A stretch of 64,000 bases of DNA. It comes from an uncultured Alphaproteobacteria bacterium (GTDB lineage: Bacteria > Pseudomonadota > Alphaproteobacteria > Rhizobiales > Xanthobacteraceae). Below, piece by piece: positions 50,175-58,661 of the stretch. The stretch covers positions 59,720-123,719 of the forward strand of contig CAVYOM010000008.1 of the NCBI GenBank assembly GCA_963770135.1, given 5' to 3'. The notes below the pieces were generated by a model, which worked only from the letters and a program-made list of their open reading frames with translations, ran no database searches and was not told where the DNA came from. Each line of letters starts with the position of its first letter. Position 1 is the stretch's first letter. Position numbers and translations under genes: made by a program.

Positions 50175-50894
50175 GTGACCGCGTTCAAAACCATTCGCGC
50201 CCGGGCCGAGAAGCGCAAGGGCGGCCCCAAGGCGCTCGCTAGGCTGCTGCCGGCCAAGCCCGACCCGAAGGCGCTCGCCAGGCTCGGTGATGACCGGATT
50301 CTCGCCGAAATGACCAAGCGGGTGTTTTGCGCAGGCTTTGCCTGGAGCGTGATCGAGAACAAATGGCCGGGTTTTGAGAAGGCGTTTCTCGGCTTCAAGC
50401 CGGGGCCGCTGTCACTGAAGCCGGACGAGTTCTGGGACGATCTGATGAAGGACACAGGCATCGTCCGCAACGGCGCCAAGATCATGTCGGTGCGCGCCAA
50501 TGCAAGCTTCGTGAGGGACATCGCCAAGGAGCATGGCAGCTTCGGCAAGTTCCTCGCGAATTGGCCCTCATCCGACGAGACGGGACTGCTGGAACTGCTG
50601 GCCAAGCGCGGCAGCCGGCTCGGCGGCAATACCGGGCAGATGATGCTGCGCTTCCTTGGCTGGGACGGTTTTGTCACGTCAAGGGACGTCGTGCTGTGCC
50701 TGCGCGACGCCGGGCTCGACATCGCGGAGACGGTGACGTCGAAGCGCGACCTCGCCAAGGTGCAGGCGCAGTTCAATGCATGGGCCGAGGAAAGCGGCTT
50801 GCCCTACGTTCAGATTTCGCGAATCTGCGCGATGTCGATCGGCGAGAATTACGCGGCGGAGAAGCTGGCGAGCATGGTGGGCGCGGATGATTGA
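50175..50894 (+). CDS. DNA-3-methyladenine glycosylase I-like protein
   Basis: AGF.W.VI..KW.GF..AF, IVRN..KI, RLGG.T. Confidence 0.8.
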   Translation: MTAFKTIRARAEKRKGGPKALARLLPAKPDPKALARLGDDRILAEMTKRVFCAGFAWSVIENKWPGFEKAFLGFKPGPLSLKPDEFWDDLMKDTGIVRNGAKIMSVRANASFVRDIAKEHGSFGKFLANWPSSDETGLLELLAKRGSRLGGNTGQMMLRFLGWDGFVTSRDVVLCLRDAGLDIAETVTSKRDLAKVQAQFNAWAEESGLPYVQISRICAMSIGENYAAEKLASMVGADD

Positions 50895-50901
50895 TGCCGG
50901 A

Positions 50902-50967
50902 TGATGGGTATCGCTTCCGCCTTCGCTCTTAGAGCTATGGCGCGACAAGTCGCTCCACCCATCCTAC
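50902..50967. repeat. Half GTAG-type REP (family C) with an inserted segment
   Basis: TGATGGGTATCGCT [insert] CGCTCCACCCATCCTAC; matches the right arm of 55772-55851. Confidence 0.75.
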
Positions 50968-50986
50968 GGGAATTCGTCACTCGCCA

Positions 50987-52219
50987 TCAGATCACGAAGA
51001 AGCCGTGGCTGGCGTCGCGACGGAGCTGTTCGACGAGGCCGTATTCCCAGTCGAGATAGGCCTGCATCGCGCTTTCCTTGACGTCAGTGCCCTCATAGGG
51101 ACGGCGATAGCGGTGTGATGGATCGGGCTTTGGAATCACAAGCGGCGGGCCGATCTCGAGCTTGCCGTCGTAGCCGCCTTCGAGCACCAACACTTCCCAT
51201 CCCATCTGCGCGAGCCAGGACGCGGTCATGTCGGCGCGGACACGCAAATTGTCTGATAGCACGATGCGCGCGCCACGCACCGGAGCCGCCATGTCGATCT
51301 CTTGCACCAGTTGCCCACCGGGATAATGACGGAAGCCCGCGAGATGACCGGCGGTGTACTCCTCTTCAGAGCGTACATCGAAGCGATAGAGCGTGCGATC
51401 GGCCTGTGCCTGCAGCGCCGCCATTTCCGCAAGCCCGATGTGGCGCACGCCGGCGCGATAGGCAACATCGCGCGCATTGGCTTCGCCGGCGGCGATGGCA
51501 CCGATCTCGCCGCGCTCGCTGGAGCCGTGGTCGAGATTCTGTTTGGCCAGCGTCCAGCCGATGGTGCCGTTGCGTAGCGCCCGCACCTTGTTGGTGACGC
51601 CGGCATTGATCAGCGACTGGGTGCCGATGATCGAGCGGGTGCGGCCGGCGCAATTGACGATGATGGTGGTCTCGGAATCCGGCGCGGCGCGGCCCGCGCG
51701 CAGCACCAGTTCGGCGCCCGGTACGCTGATCGATCCCGGGATGTTCATGGTCGCGTATTCGTCGAACCGGCGGACATCGAGGATTTGAATGTTGGCGCCA
51801 CCGGCAATGAGGGCGCTGACTTCCTCGGCGGCCAGCGAAGGCGTGTGGCGGCGATGCTCCACCAGTTCGCCAAAAGCCTTGGCATAGGAATTGACGTCCT
51901 GGAACAGCTCAAAGCCGGCCTGTTTCCAACCCTGCAGCCGACCGTCGAGCTGGCGGATGTTGCTGTAGCCCAGGGCTTTCAGGCGATCCGCCGCTACGCC
52001 GACGAGGCCTTCGCCGTCATCATAGAGGACGACCGGCACATCCTTGCGCGACAGCCGCACTTCGGCTTCCAGCGCGATCCGGTCGGCCGCCATATTGGCG
52101 GCAAACAGCGGATGGCCGGTGGCGAACGCGGCCTCGTGCCTGACATCGAGCAGCGCGATTTCCTTGCGCAGCAACAGCGCGGTGCGGACTTCGGACGGAG
52201 TGATGGACGGCAAGGTCAT
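50987..52219 (-). CDS. Multi-domain rhodanese-like sulfurtransferase
   Basis: Three LDVR/FDVR repeats, active loop NCAGRTRS, C-terminal RPYEGTD..AMQAYLDWEYGL. Confidence 0.88.
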   Translation of the reverse strand: MTLPSITPSEVRTALLLRKEIALLDVRHEAAFATGHPLFAANMAADRIALEAEVRLSRKDVPVVLYDDGEGLVGVAADRLKALGYSNIRQLDGRLQGWKQAGFELFQDVNSYAKAFGELVEHRRHTPSLAAEEVSALIAGGANIQILDVRRFDEYATMNIPGSISVPGAELVLRAGRAAPDSETTIIVNCAGRTRSIIGTQSLINAGVTNKVRALRNGTIGWTLAKQNLDHGSSERGEIGAIAAGEANARDVAYRAGVRHIGLAEMAALQAQADRTLYRFDVRSEEEYTAGHLAGFRHYPGGQLVQEIDMAAPVRGARIVLSDNLRVRADMTASWLAQMGWEVLVLEGGYDGKLEIGPPLVIPKPDPSHRYRRPYEGTDVKESAMQAYLDWEYGLVEQLRRDASHGFFVI

Positions 52220-52387
52220 GTATCGGGAATTCCAAGTGTGGATGGTATCTCCTTGACTAGCAGCATCGCGCGCGGCTCGTCACGCCCGGCGACGCCATTA
52301 ACTCTCATGTCATGGGAGCATTGATCTAATTGCACGGGCTTGCCCGAAACCGCATATGATGCTGCCGAATGAGTATTTAGGCATCCG

Positions 52388-53311
52388 ATGGACCTCAAAC
52401 AATTGCGGACCTTCCGCGCCGTGGCCGAGCTGGGCAGCCTCAGCAAGGCGGCGGACCGGCTGCGCGCCGCCCAGCCGGCGCTGAGCCGGCACATCAAGCT
52501 GCTCGAGCATGAGCTTCGCGTCGAACTGTTCGTTCGCAACGGCCGCGGCATGCTGCTGACCAGCGCCGGGCGGATGCTACTCGACCGCACCACCGGCCTG
52601 ATCCGCCAGATCGAGCAGGTCAGCGACGACCTCAAATCGGCGAACGGCAATCCGTCGGGCCGCGTCATCCTCGGGCTGGTGCCGACGGTGAGCGCGGTGC
52701 TGTCCGGACGGTTCGCCCGCCGTGTCATCAACGAATTTCCCGACGTCTCGCTGCGCATCGTGGAGAGCTATGGCGGGCATCTGGTCGAGTGGCTGCACCG
52801 CGGCGAAATGGATCTCGCGATCATCTACGGCCCCGCGGTCGATCTGCATCTTCAGGTCCAGTCCATCGGCCGCGAGGATATCGTCGCCGTCGGGCCGCCA
52901 GGCTCGGGCCTGAGCAAGCGGAAACAGGTCGACCTGAAATGGCTGGTGAAGCAGAGGCTGATCCTGCCGAGCATCTCACATGGCTTGCGGGCGCTGCTGG
53001 AGAAGGCGCTGGCGCGCGAAAAATTGAAGCTCGACGCCATGATCGAGGTCGATTCCTATCGCGCGCAGATCAGCCTGATGGAGGAAGGGCTCGGCTACAC
53101 GCTGCTGCCGCCGTCTGCCATCCGCACGGAAGTGGCGGCGAAGCGGCTGGAGATGGCGGCCGTCAGCCCGTCGGTGTCGCGCGAACTGATTCTCGCATCG
53201 CCGATCGCCCATCCGCCGTCGATCGCAACGACGACGATCGCCACCCTCGTCATATCGGAGATTCAGCAGCTCTCGAAGGAAGGCCTCTGGAAGATCAACA
53301 TGACGGCCTGA
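52388..53311 (+). CDS. LysR-family regulator (Nac-like)
   Basis: MDLKQLRTF..VAELGSLSKAA..AQPALSRHI. Confidence 0.93.
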   Translation: MDLKQLRTFRAVAELGSLSKAADRLRAAQPALSRHIKLLEHELRVELFVRNGRGMLLTSAGRMLLDRTTGLIRQIEQVSDDLKSANGNPSGRVILGLVPTVSAVLSGRFARRVINEFPDVSLRIVESYGGHLVEWLHRGEMDLAIIYGPAVDLHLQVQSIGREDIVAVGPPGSGLSKRKQVDLKWLVKQRLILPSISHGLRALLEKALAREKLKLDAMIEVDSYRAQISLMEEGLGYTLLPPSAIRTEVAAKRLEMAAVSPSVSRELILASPIAHPPSIATTTIATLVISEIQQLSKEGLWKINMTA

Positions 53312-53332
53312 AGCGTTCTGCCAGACACAAGG

Positions 53333-54298
53333 TCATTGCACCGTCGCGCCTGATATCTCCACCAACCGGCGCCATTTGACGAGTTCGCTTTCGATGAAGG
53401 CCTTGAACTCCGCGGGCGTGTTACCGACGGGCTCGCTGCCCTGCTCGGCGAGTTTCGCTTTCACCTCCGGCGACCGCAGCGCCTCAATAGTGGCGCGGTT
53501 GATCCGGTCGATGATGTCGGGCGGCGTCTTCGCCGGCGCGAGCAGCCCGTTCCACAGCGCGACTTCGTAACCCGGCAACGATTCAAGGATCGTGGGAACA
53601 TCGGGCAGCAGCGGCGATCGCTTTGCCGTGGTGATACCGAGCGCCTTGAGCTTTTCCGCGCGCACCTGCTGAATCACCTCGACCAGCGGCGCGAAGATGA
53701 CCTGCACTTGTCCGCCCAGGAGATCGGTGACCGCCGGCGCGCCGCCGCGATAGGCAACATGCGTCATCCGCACGCCGGCGAGAGAATTGAACAGTTCGCC
53801 CGACAGATGCTGCGAGGTGCCGTTGCCCGCCGATGCAAAATTCAGCTTGTCCGGATTGGCCTTCAGGTAGGCGATGAAATCGGCAACATTGTTCGCCGGC
53901 ACCGAAGGATTGACGACCAGCAGATTCGGGATGAAGGCCGTTACTGTGATCGGCGCAAAATCCTTCTGCACGTCGAACGGCAACGTCTTGTACAGGTTCG
54001 GATTGGCGGCGAACGTGCTGCTGGTCGCCATCAACAGCGTGTAACCGTCGGGATCGGCCTTTGCGACGGCATCCGCGCCGATATTGCCGCCGGCCCCGCC
54101 GCGGTTCTCGACCACCACCGGCTGGCCGAGGCGATCGGAGAGCGCCTGCGCAATGATCCGGGCGGTGACATCGGTGCTTCCGCCTGCGGCGAAGCCGACG
54201 ATCAACCGGATCGGCTTTGCCGGCCAGGCGGTCTGCGCATGCGCCTGACCCAACAACATCAACGCCAGCGCAAGCGCTAGCGAAATCGAACGCCGCAT
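53333..54298 (-). CDS. Bug/TctC-family substrate-binding protein
   Basis: WPAKPIRLIVGFAAGGSTD, ASAGNGTSQHL, PDVPT. Confidence 0.93.
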   Translation of the reverse strand: MRRSISLALALALMLLGQAHAQTAWPAKPIRLIVGFAAGGSTDVTARIIAQALSDRLGQPVVVENRGGAGGNIGADAVAKADPDGYTLLMATSSTFAANPNLYKTLPFDVQKDFAPITVTAFIPNLLVVNPSVPANNVADFIAYLKANPDKLNFASAGNGTSQHLSGELFNSLAGVRMTHVAYRGGAPAVTDLLGGQVQVIFAPLVEVIQQVRAEKLKALGITTAKRSPLLPDVPTILESLPGYEVALWNGLLAPAKTPPDIIDRINRATIEALRSPEVKAKLAEQGSEPVGNTPAEFKAFIESELVKWRRLVEISGATVQ

Positions 54299-54350
54299 CG
54301 TCAGTCCTCCCTTTGCGCCGGGCGTCTTACGCGCCTCGGCGAGCCACGGC

Positions 54351-54450
54351 ACCTGGAGCCCGGTTCCGATTAAATTGGAACGAGGCTCCAGATTCTTATT
54401 CTAACGCGTTTTCTTGCGGCGAACCGATCTCCACTTCGCTGGAAAATCCT
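54351..54450. repeat. Palindromic intergenic element (two hairpins)
   Basis: CTGGAGCC..GTTCC..GGAAC..GGCTCCAG followed by a second imperfect hairpin. Confidence 0.55.
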
Positions 54451-54462
54451 TTGGTAAGTGCC

Positions 54463-55062
54463 TCAATTAAACAGCGCCTCGTCACCCAGCACCGATTGCC
54501 GGAAGCGCGTCGTCAGGATGACGCCATCCGCCGGCGGCATCACGAACGGCAGCGCCTCGGGATTGATCTTAATCTGTGCGAAGGCCGTCCCCCTACCCTC
54601 ATGCGCGAGGTCGCGCAGTTCGGTGACTTCGGCCATCGTGCGGACGATGCGCGAGGTGCGGATGCCGCAGGCGGTGGCGACGGCGGCTAGGTCAACACCG
54701 AAAGCAGTCGGGGTCTTCTGCATGCCGGTCTCGCCAAAGCGCTCGTTGTCCAGCACTGCGATGGTCAGGTTCTTCGGCGCTTCCACCGCGATCGTGGCGA
54801 GCGAGCCGACATTCATCAGCATCTCGCCGTCGCCGGTGATCACGAGCACCTTGCGCTTGGGCTGTGCCAGCGCCAGCCCGAGCCCGATCATGGAAGCGCC
54901 GCCCATCGCGCCCCAAAGCGGAAAGTTGTTGGGATGATCGCCCGCAGCCGAAACATCCCAGTTCGGCGCGCCGAGGCCGGCGATGACGAGGAGATCGGCA
55001 CGGTCGCGCACGAGTTCGTTGACGACATCGCGACGATGCAGCAGTGCGTTCGGATTGGTCAT
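54463..55062 (-). CDS. ThDP-dependent decarboxylase beta subunit (ComE / phosphonopyruvate decarboxylase C-half-like)
   Basis: GAMG, GDGEMLMN...LDN ThDP motif, ETG.Q.T. Confidence 0.88.
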   Translation of the reverse strand: MTNPNALLHRRDVVNELVRDRADLLVIAGLGAPNWDVSAAGDHPNNFPLWGAMGGASMIGLGLALAQPKRKVLVITGDGEMLMNVGSLATIAVEAPKNLTIAVLDNERFGETGMQKTPTAFGVDLAAVATACGIRTSRIVRTMAEVTELRDLAHEGRGTAFAQIKINPEALPFVMPPADGVILTTRFRQSVLGDEALFN

Positions 55063-55625
55063 TTGCGGGCAAGCTCCTTGAAGTTCTTGGCGCCGAGCAC
55101 GCGCTGTCCGAGCAGGACCGCCACCGGCTTCCATGTGTTGAAGGCAAGATGCGCCGCGCCCTGCACGGTGGAGGCGACGAGATCCGGCTCGTCCACCTTG
55201 CTCACGATCACACCCATGGCCTCCAGCGAGGGCCGCGTGCCCTGCCCCATCGGGATCTGCCATGGATTGAACTCGCCCCAATCGCCGCGCATGGTGACGA
55301 TCATCAATAGCGGCATATGGCAGATGACGGGCAGCGACAGCATATTGATGCAGTTGCCGACGCCACTCGACTGCAGCAGCAGAACACCGCGCTCGCCGCC
55401 GAGCCACGCGCCCGCCAGCATCGCCACGCCCTCTTCCTCTGTCGTGAGCGTCACGACACGGGTTTCGGGATCGGCCTCGAACGAGCGGATCAGGCGGCTA
55501 TGGCCGGCGTCCGGCACCATCGCGACCTGGCGAATGCCGGCGTCCTTCAGCACGCGATAGATCTCGTCCGGCCACGTCGGCAAGGCCGGCGCCGCCTCAC
55601 CACGTGATTTTGCTGCTTCCGCCAT
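55059..55625 (-). CDS. ThDP-dependent decarboxylase alpha subunit (ComD-like)
   Basis: VPD, TEEEGV, QSSG.GN, MRG..GEFNPWQ.PMG. Confidence 0.88.
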   Translation of the reverse strand: MAEAAKSRGEAAPALPTWPDEIYRVLKDAGIRQVAMVPDAGHSRLIRSFEADPETRVVTLTTEEEGVAMLAGAWLGGERGVLLLQSSGVGNCINMLSLPVICHMPLLMIVTMRGDWGEFNPWQIPMGQGTRPSLEAMGVIVSKVDEPDLVASTVQGAAHLAFNTWKPVAVLLGQRVLGAKNFKELARK

Positions 55626-55771
55626 CGGTCTCAATTTCCTCTGCGATTCCAAGTTTGATTGGGGCAAACCATAGGTCGCCGCCGCGGCTAAAGGAATTTG
55701 AATGTGAGCATGGCTTGTATCGCGAAATTGAAAGGCTGGGTGGGTGGGGTGAGGCCTGCGGTGCCGTAGCC

Positions 55772-55851
55772 GTAGGATGGGTGGAGCGCAGCGATACCCA
55801 TCAGCGCCGGTGCGTATAGTGATGGGTATCGCTACGCTCCACCCATCCTAC
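55772..55851. repeat. GTAG-type REP-like element (family C)
   Basis: GTAGGATGGGTGGAGCGCAGCGATACCCATCA...TGATGGGTATCGCTACGCTCCACCCATCCTAC. Confidence 0.88.
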
Positions 55852-55877
55852 AAAAGGCTCTGGCACGGCTATCTCCA

Positions 55878-56000
55878 CGTCATTGCGAGCGCCGCGAAGC
55901 AATCCATCTACCCATGCACTAGGCCGACAATGGATTGCTTCGCGACGCTCGCAAATGACGGCCGGGACCCCCCTCGAGGGGGCGCGCCCTGCAATGACGG
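55878..56000. repeat. CGTC-type REP-like element (family D copy) plus an extra partial arm
   Basis: CGTCATTGCGAGC..AAGCAATCCA..TGGATTGCTTCG..CTCGCAAATGACG, then a second GCAATGACG. Confidence 0.8.
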
Positions 56001-56002
56001 GA

Positions 56003-56287
56003 TTACTTCGGCTTCGAATCCGGCGGGCAGTCCGGGCTGACCTTCAGCGGCTTGCCACCGCTCTGCACCGTCGGCGCTGCGGAATTCGAACCGCCGGCTT
56101 CGGGCAGTATCGCGCTCTTTTCGACGGACATCGAGTTCGCGGTCTTCTCCTCGCCGCTTCCCGTTGTCGCCGCCGGCGACGTCGTACACGCCGTCTCTGG
56201 CTTGGCGTCCGATGTCCCGGTAGATTGGGCGGCTGCGGCGCTCGCGCTCAACAGCCCAACGACAATCGCTGCCGCGACGCGCGTCAT
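56003..56287 (-). CDS. Small secreted low-complexity protein with two Cys
   Basis: Signal peptide ending AAAAQ; VEKSAILP..SAAPTVQ; GGAGA RBS. Confidence 0.75.
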   Translation of the reverse strand: MTRVAAAIVVGLLSASAAAAQSTGTSDAKPETACTTSPAATTGSGEEKTANSMSVEKSAILPEAGGSNSAAPTVQSGGKPLKVSPDCPPDSKPK

Positions 56288-56323
56288 GGTGATCTCCAAT
56301 CGTTGAAATGGCTTGCCCGGACA

Positions 56324-56348
56324 AACGTCCTGCCGCAGCGATGGTTCC
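56324..56348 (-). promoter_or_regulatory. sigma-EcfG (general stress response) promoter
   Basis: Minus strand GGAAC-catcgctgcggcagga(16)-CGTT, about 36 nt upstream of ATG 56287. Confidence 0.7.
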
Positions 56349-56463
56349 GGAACGGCCATTGCGACATTGCGATAACCGGCGGTCAGGCCGTATGTTGAGG
56401 CCATGGCAAGCGACCGATCGGCGCAAGATTTGCCTTGTCCAGCCGGTCGTCAAGGGAGCCTTC

Positions 56464-57429
56464 ATGACCATCGACCTGACCCGCCGCACGCTGCTCCACC
56501 TCGCCGGCGCCTCCTCGCTATCCGCTGCAGCGCTCGCAGCAGCGCAGGCCGAGGGCACGGCGGGCGGCGGTGGTCCGACCTTCGCCAACCGAACGCCGAT
56601 GCGGATCGGCATGGTGAACTTGCGGGTGCGAGACCTCGACAAGGTCGCCGATTACTATCGCGACGCGATTGGCCTCACCGTGATGGCGCGCTCGATGATG
56701 GGCGCGCTGCTTGGCGCGGGCGGCGTGGCGCTGCTCCATCTGCAACGGCGCGAGAGTGCGGCGCGAGAGGCGCGCAACGCGGCGGGCCTCTATCACACCG
56801 CGTTCCTGATGCCGACGCGCAAGGACCTCGCGCGCTGGCTGGTGCACGCCGCCGCCAACAAGATCCCGCTGTCCGGCTTTGCCGATCACCTCGTCAGCGA
56901 ATCCATCTATCTGGACGATCCCGAAGGTAACGGCATCGAGGTCTACGCCGATCGCGCGCCCGAAACCTGGAAATGGGAAGCCGGCTCGGTCGCGATGGCT
57001 ACCGACCAGCTCGACATCGACGGCCTGCTGGCGCTGACGGATACGCACACGACCAACTATGCCAGGGCTCCCGATGATCTGCGCATCGGCCACATGCACC
57101 TGCGCGTCGGCGACCTCGAACAGGCCGACCGCTTCTATGGCGGCGCCGTCGGTTTCGACCCGACCCGCAAGCGCAGCGGCGCCGCGTTCCTTTCCTCGGG
57201 GCGCTATCACCATCACCTCGCAATCAACGTCTGGCAGAGCGCCGGCGCCGGCCCGCGCGACGACACGGCCACCGGGCTTGTATGGTTTTCACTGGAGATC
57301 GCGGCGGAGGAGATTCTGCAGGCCCAAACGCTGCGCCTGCGGCAGGCGGGCGCACCGGCCGCAGCGATCGAGAACGGCATCGAGACATCAGACCCCTGGG
57401 GCACCAAGGTGCGGCTCATCAAGGTCTGA
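56464..57429 (+). CDS. VOC/glyoxalase-family protein (CatE-like) with a Tat signal
   Basis: LTRRTLL..AQA; GLYHTAF, DHLVSESIYLDDPEGNGIEVY.DR, GHMHL, YHHHLA.N.W. Confidence 0.88.
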   Translation: MTIDLTRRTLLHLAGASSLSAAALAAAQAEGTAGGGGPTFANRTPMRIGMVNLRVRDLDKVADYYRDAIGLTVMARSMMGALLGAGGVALLHLQRRESAAREARNAAGLYHTAFLMPTRKDLARWLVHAAANKIPLSGFADHLVSESIYLDDPEGNGIEVYADRAPETWKWEAGSVAMATDQLDIDGLLALTDTHTTNYARAPDDLRIGHMHLRVGDLEQADRFYGGAVGFDPTRKRSGAAFLSSGRYHHHLAINVWQSAGAGPRDDTATGLVWFSLEIAAEEILQAQTLRLRQAGAPAAAIENGIETSDPWGTKVRLIKV

Positions 57430-57529
57430 TGCTGTCCGCGGCCGTCGGCTAGCCTGCCCAGCGGGCCCGGGTAGGCCTTGCGCGCGCGAGGCGGAAAATG
57501 AGGTCCGCCTCGCGAAGGGGCGGCGCACG

Positions 57530-57664
57530 CTATTTCTTCTTGCCGGAGCCCAAGGTCGGCTGCCAGCCGCCGGCCTTCTGGCTCGGCGCTGCCGCAATCA
57601 CCTTGATCTTCTCCTTCTTGGGTTTCTTGGTCTCCCGATTATTTCTTTGCTCGCCTTTGGCCAT
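57530..57664 (-). CDS. 44-aa Lys-rich small protein
   Basis: MAKGEQRNNRETKKPKKEK...GKKK; strong RBS AGGGAGAG. Confidence 0.7.
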   Translation of the reverse strand: MAKGEQRNNRETKKPKKEKIKVIAAAPSQKAGGWQPTLGSGKKK

Positions 57665-57716
57665 GTCGCTCTCCCTTAAGTTGATGGTGACACCGAAGCT
57701 AACGCCAACTCGTCGA

Positions 57717-57956
57717 TTAGAGGCGAGGCGCGTCCAGATCATATCGGATTTTCAACGTCCTGATCAGATCGAGCGTGCGGATGCGATAGAAATTGTCGGC
57801 CTCCGACATTGGCCGGCTGATGCTCGCGCTCCATCCGTAAGCATCGTCGAAAACAAACATCGTCATTCCGGAAGGCCAGGGACCATGGAGGGTCCTCGCC
57901 TGCTCGACAATCATGTCCTGGAGTTCAGCGGCGGTCTTGAAGGGTCGAGCGCTCAT
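57717..57956 (-). CDS. Small hypothetical protein (79 aa)
   Basis: RBS GGGAGG; KTAAELQDMI...GWSA...YDL. Confidence 0.7.
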   Translation of the reverse strand: MSARPFKTAAELQDMIVEQARTLHGPWPSGMTMFVFDDAYGWSASISRPMSEADNFYRIRTLDLIRTLKIRYDLDAPRL

Positions 57957-58373
57957 GGCTTGCCTCCCGGACCCATCGAGGGCGCTCCGCTATCCTTCAA
58001 GTTGCAGGAATGCCACCGCCGGCACCCGTAAAGGAGGAAACTGCGGGACGATCCGGTCCGCCAAGCAAAATTGGGACAACAGAAGTTCCGTCCGTCGCGG
58101 CGGGAGTGTTCCTGACCCTCAGTCACCGCTAGACGCCACGGGAAACGCGGTGATGATCGACCCTAGGCTCGCATGGGGGGAATAGCGAGTGCTAAAACGC
58201 CTCGGAGACAGTCGCGAGCCCCCTTTTGGCGGCACTGCTCGAGCTTGACCTATCCCAACCTCCATCGCGACTATGGAAGGATCGCTGATGCAATCCCGTC
58301 GTTTCCAACGCGAAGCAGATAAAAATGCTCGATCCAAAAGCCGGCCCATCTGCGGAAAGTTGCCCGGCCTGTC

Positions 58374-58616
58374 TCAATCGAACCCCGATGGCAGCTCCCC
58401 GTGACGGAAGATGACCGTCGGCTCGTCATCATAGTCGCCCATCTCGGAATCGCCGGTGGATGAAAAGGCAACGACCCCGAGCTTGCTCAGGGCCAGCCGC
58501 TCCGCGGTGCGAAGCGCGCCCGTTGCCGTTTTGCAGGCAATCGGAACGTCGGCTTTCAGGTTTCCTCCCCGGCCAGCGTTGAAGGCCTGAACGAAGTAGC
58601 TTGTTTCGCGAGCCAT
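58374..58616 (-). CDS. Small hypothetical protein (80 aa)
   Basis: RBS GGAGAG; YFVQAF...GVVAFS.TGD...GDYDDEP.V....G.LP. Confidence 0.72.
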   Translation of the reverse strand: MARETSYFVQAFNAGRGGNLKADVPIACKTATGALRTAERLALSKLGVVAFSSTGDSEMGDYDDEPTVIFRHGELPSGFD

Positions 58617-58661
58617 GGCGCTCTCCGTCGAGGATACAAGCCGCACCGCGCGATTTCGGAT

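Noticed and set aside
37701-55407. N-terminal extensions in the ORF track (37701-39137, 49860-50894, 54463-55407; similarly 35093-36046)
   Set aside because: They overlap other genes or non-coding DNA. Family motifs and RBSs support the shorter starts used.
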